DNA of 24,000 nucleotides from Vogesella urethralis (GTDB lineage Bacteria; Pseudomonadota; Gammaproteobacteria; Burkholderiales; Chromobacteriaceae): NCBI RefSeq assembly GCF_007644045.2, contig NZ_VMDW02000090.1, positions 7,762 to 31,761 of the forward strand, read 5' to 3'. Shown piece by piece: positions 23,907 to 24,000 of this stretch (position 1 is its first letter; each line of letters starts with the position of its first letter). The notes under the pieces were generated by a model. It saw only the letters and a program-made list of their open reading frames with translations, ran no database searches and was not told where the DNA came from. The position numbers and the translations under genes were made by a program.

Positions 23907-23925
23907 AATATTGATAATAATTATC
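23907..23925. promoter_or_regulatory. Fur box (ferric uptake regulator operator)
   Basis: AATATTGATAATAATTATC matches 16 of 19 positions of the consensus GATAATGATAATCATTATC. Its core GATAAT-A-ATTATC is a perfect palindrome. It sits inside a larger inverted repeat, CTTTTCAATA (23901-23910) / TATTGAAAAG (23929-23938), directly upstream of the minus-strand ORF 23222-23854. Confidence 0.7.
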
Positions 23926-23951
23926 GTTTATTGAAAAGACAAGCCTCGTGC

Positions 23952-24000
23952 TTACCACTGCGGCAGGCGATCGCGGCACTCGCGAGCCTCTTGCTGCAGG
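23952..24000 (-). CDS. 3' end of an unidentified minus-strand gene running off the window
   Basis: The reverse strand reads ...LQQEARECRDRLPQW-TAA with the stop at 23952-23954. Only ~15 codons are visible, so this is an open frame only. Confidence 0.3.
   Translation of the reverse strand, partial: LQQEARECRDRLPQW

Overview
GC-rich proteobacterial chromosomal segment; a beta-proteobacterial origin is my impression only and cannot be verified here. Left flank: pepD (1-1458) with an intrinsic terminator. Centre (about 1.7-20.2 kb): a complete cdiB-cdiA-cdiI contact-dependent inhibition / two-partner secretion locus. It has a 3022-aa CdiA with an ESPR signal, TPS domain, FHA repeats, a PT-VENN-like boundary 'VDVNN' and an AT-richer variable C-terminus. 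An array of orphan toxin/immunity modules of about 7.2 kb follows: (1) the resident CdiA-CT, which looks TNT/NADase-like, plus a 153-aa CdiI joined by an ATGA overlap; (2) a 'headless' deaminase-like toxin fragment (DxE...PCxxC) plus a 160-aa immunity ORF; (3) an orphan cdiA-CT sharing a 1005-bp direct repeat with cdiA, whose PD-(D/E)xK nuclease-like toxin domain is cut off from the rest by one in-frame TAG, plus a 340-aa putative immunity ORF; (4) a multiply deleted orphan remnant keeping only the last ~65 codons of the resident-type toxin, plus an intact variant cdiI; (5) a headless PoNe-like PD-(D/E)xK toxin fragment plus a frameshifted PoNi/DUF1911-like immunity gene. Right flank (minus strand): a methyl-accepting chemotaxis protein, nudC, and a degenerate ABC-ATPase-like ORF behind a near-consensus Fur box. 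No rRNA, tRNA, CRISPR, transposase or integrase was recognised. Most other ORFs in the six-frame track are GC-rich shadow frames. All family assignments come from motif recognition by eye and need profile or structure searches to confirm.
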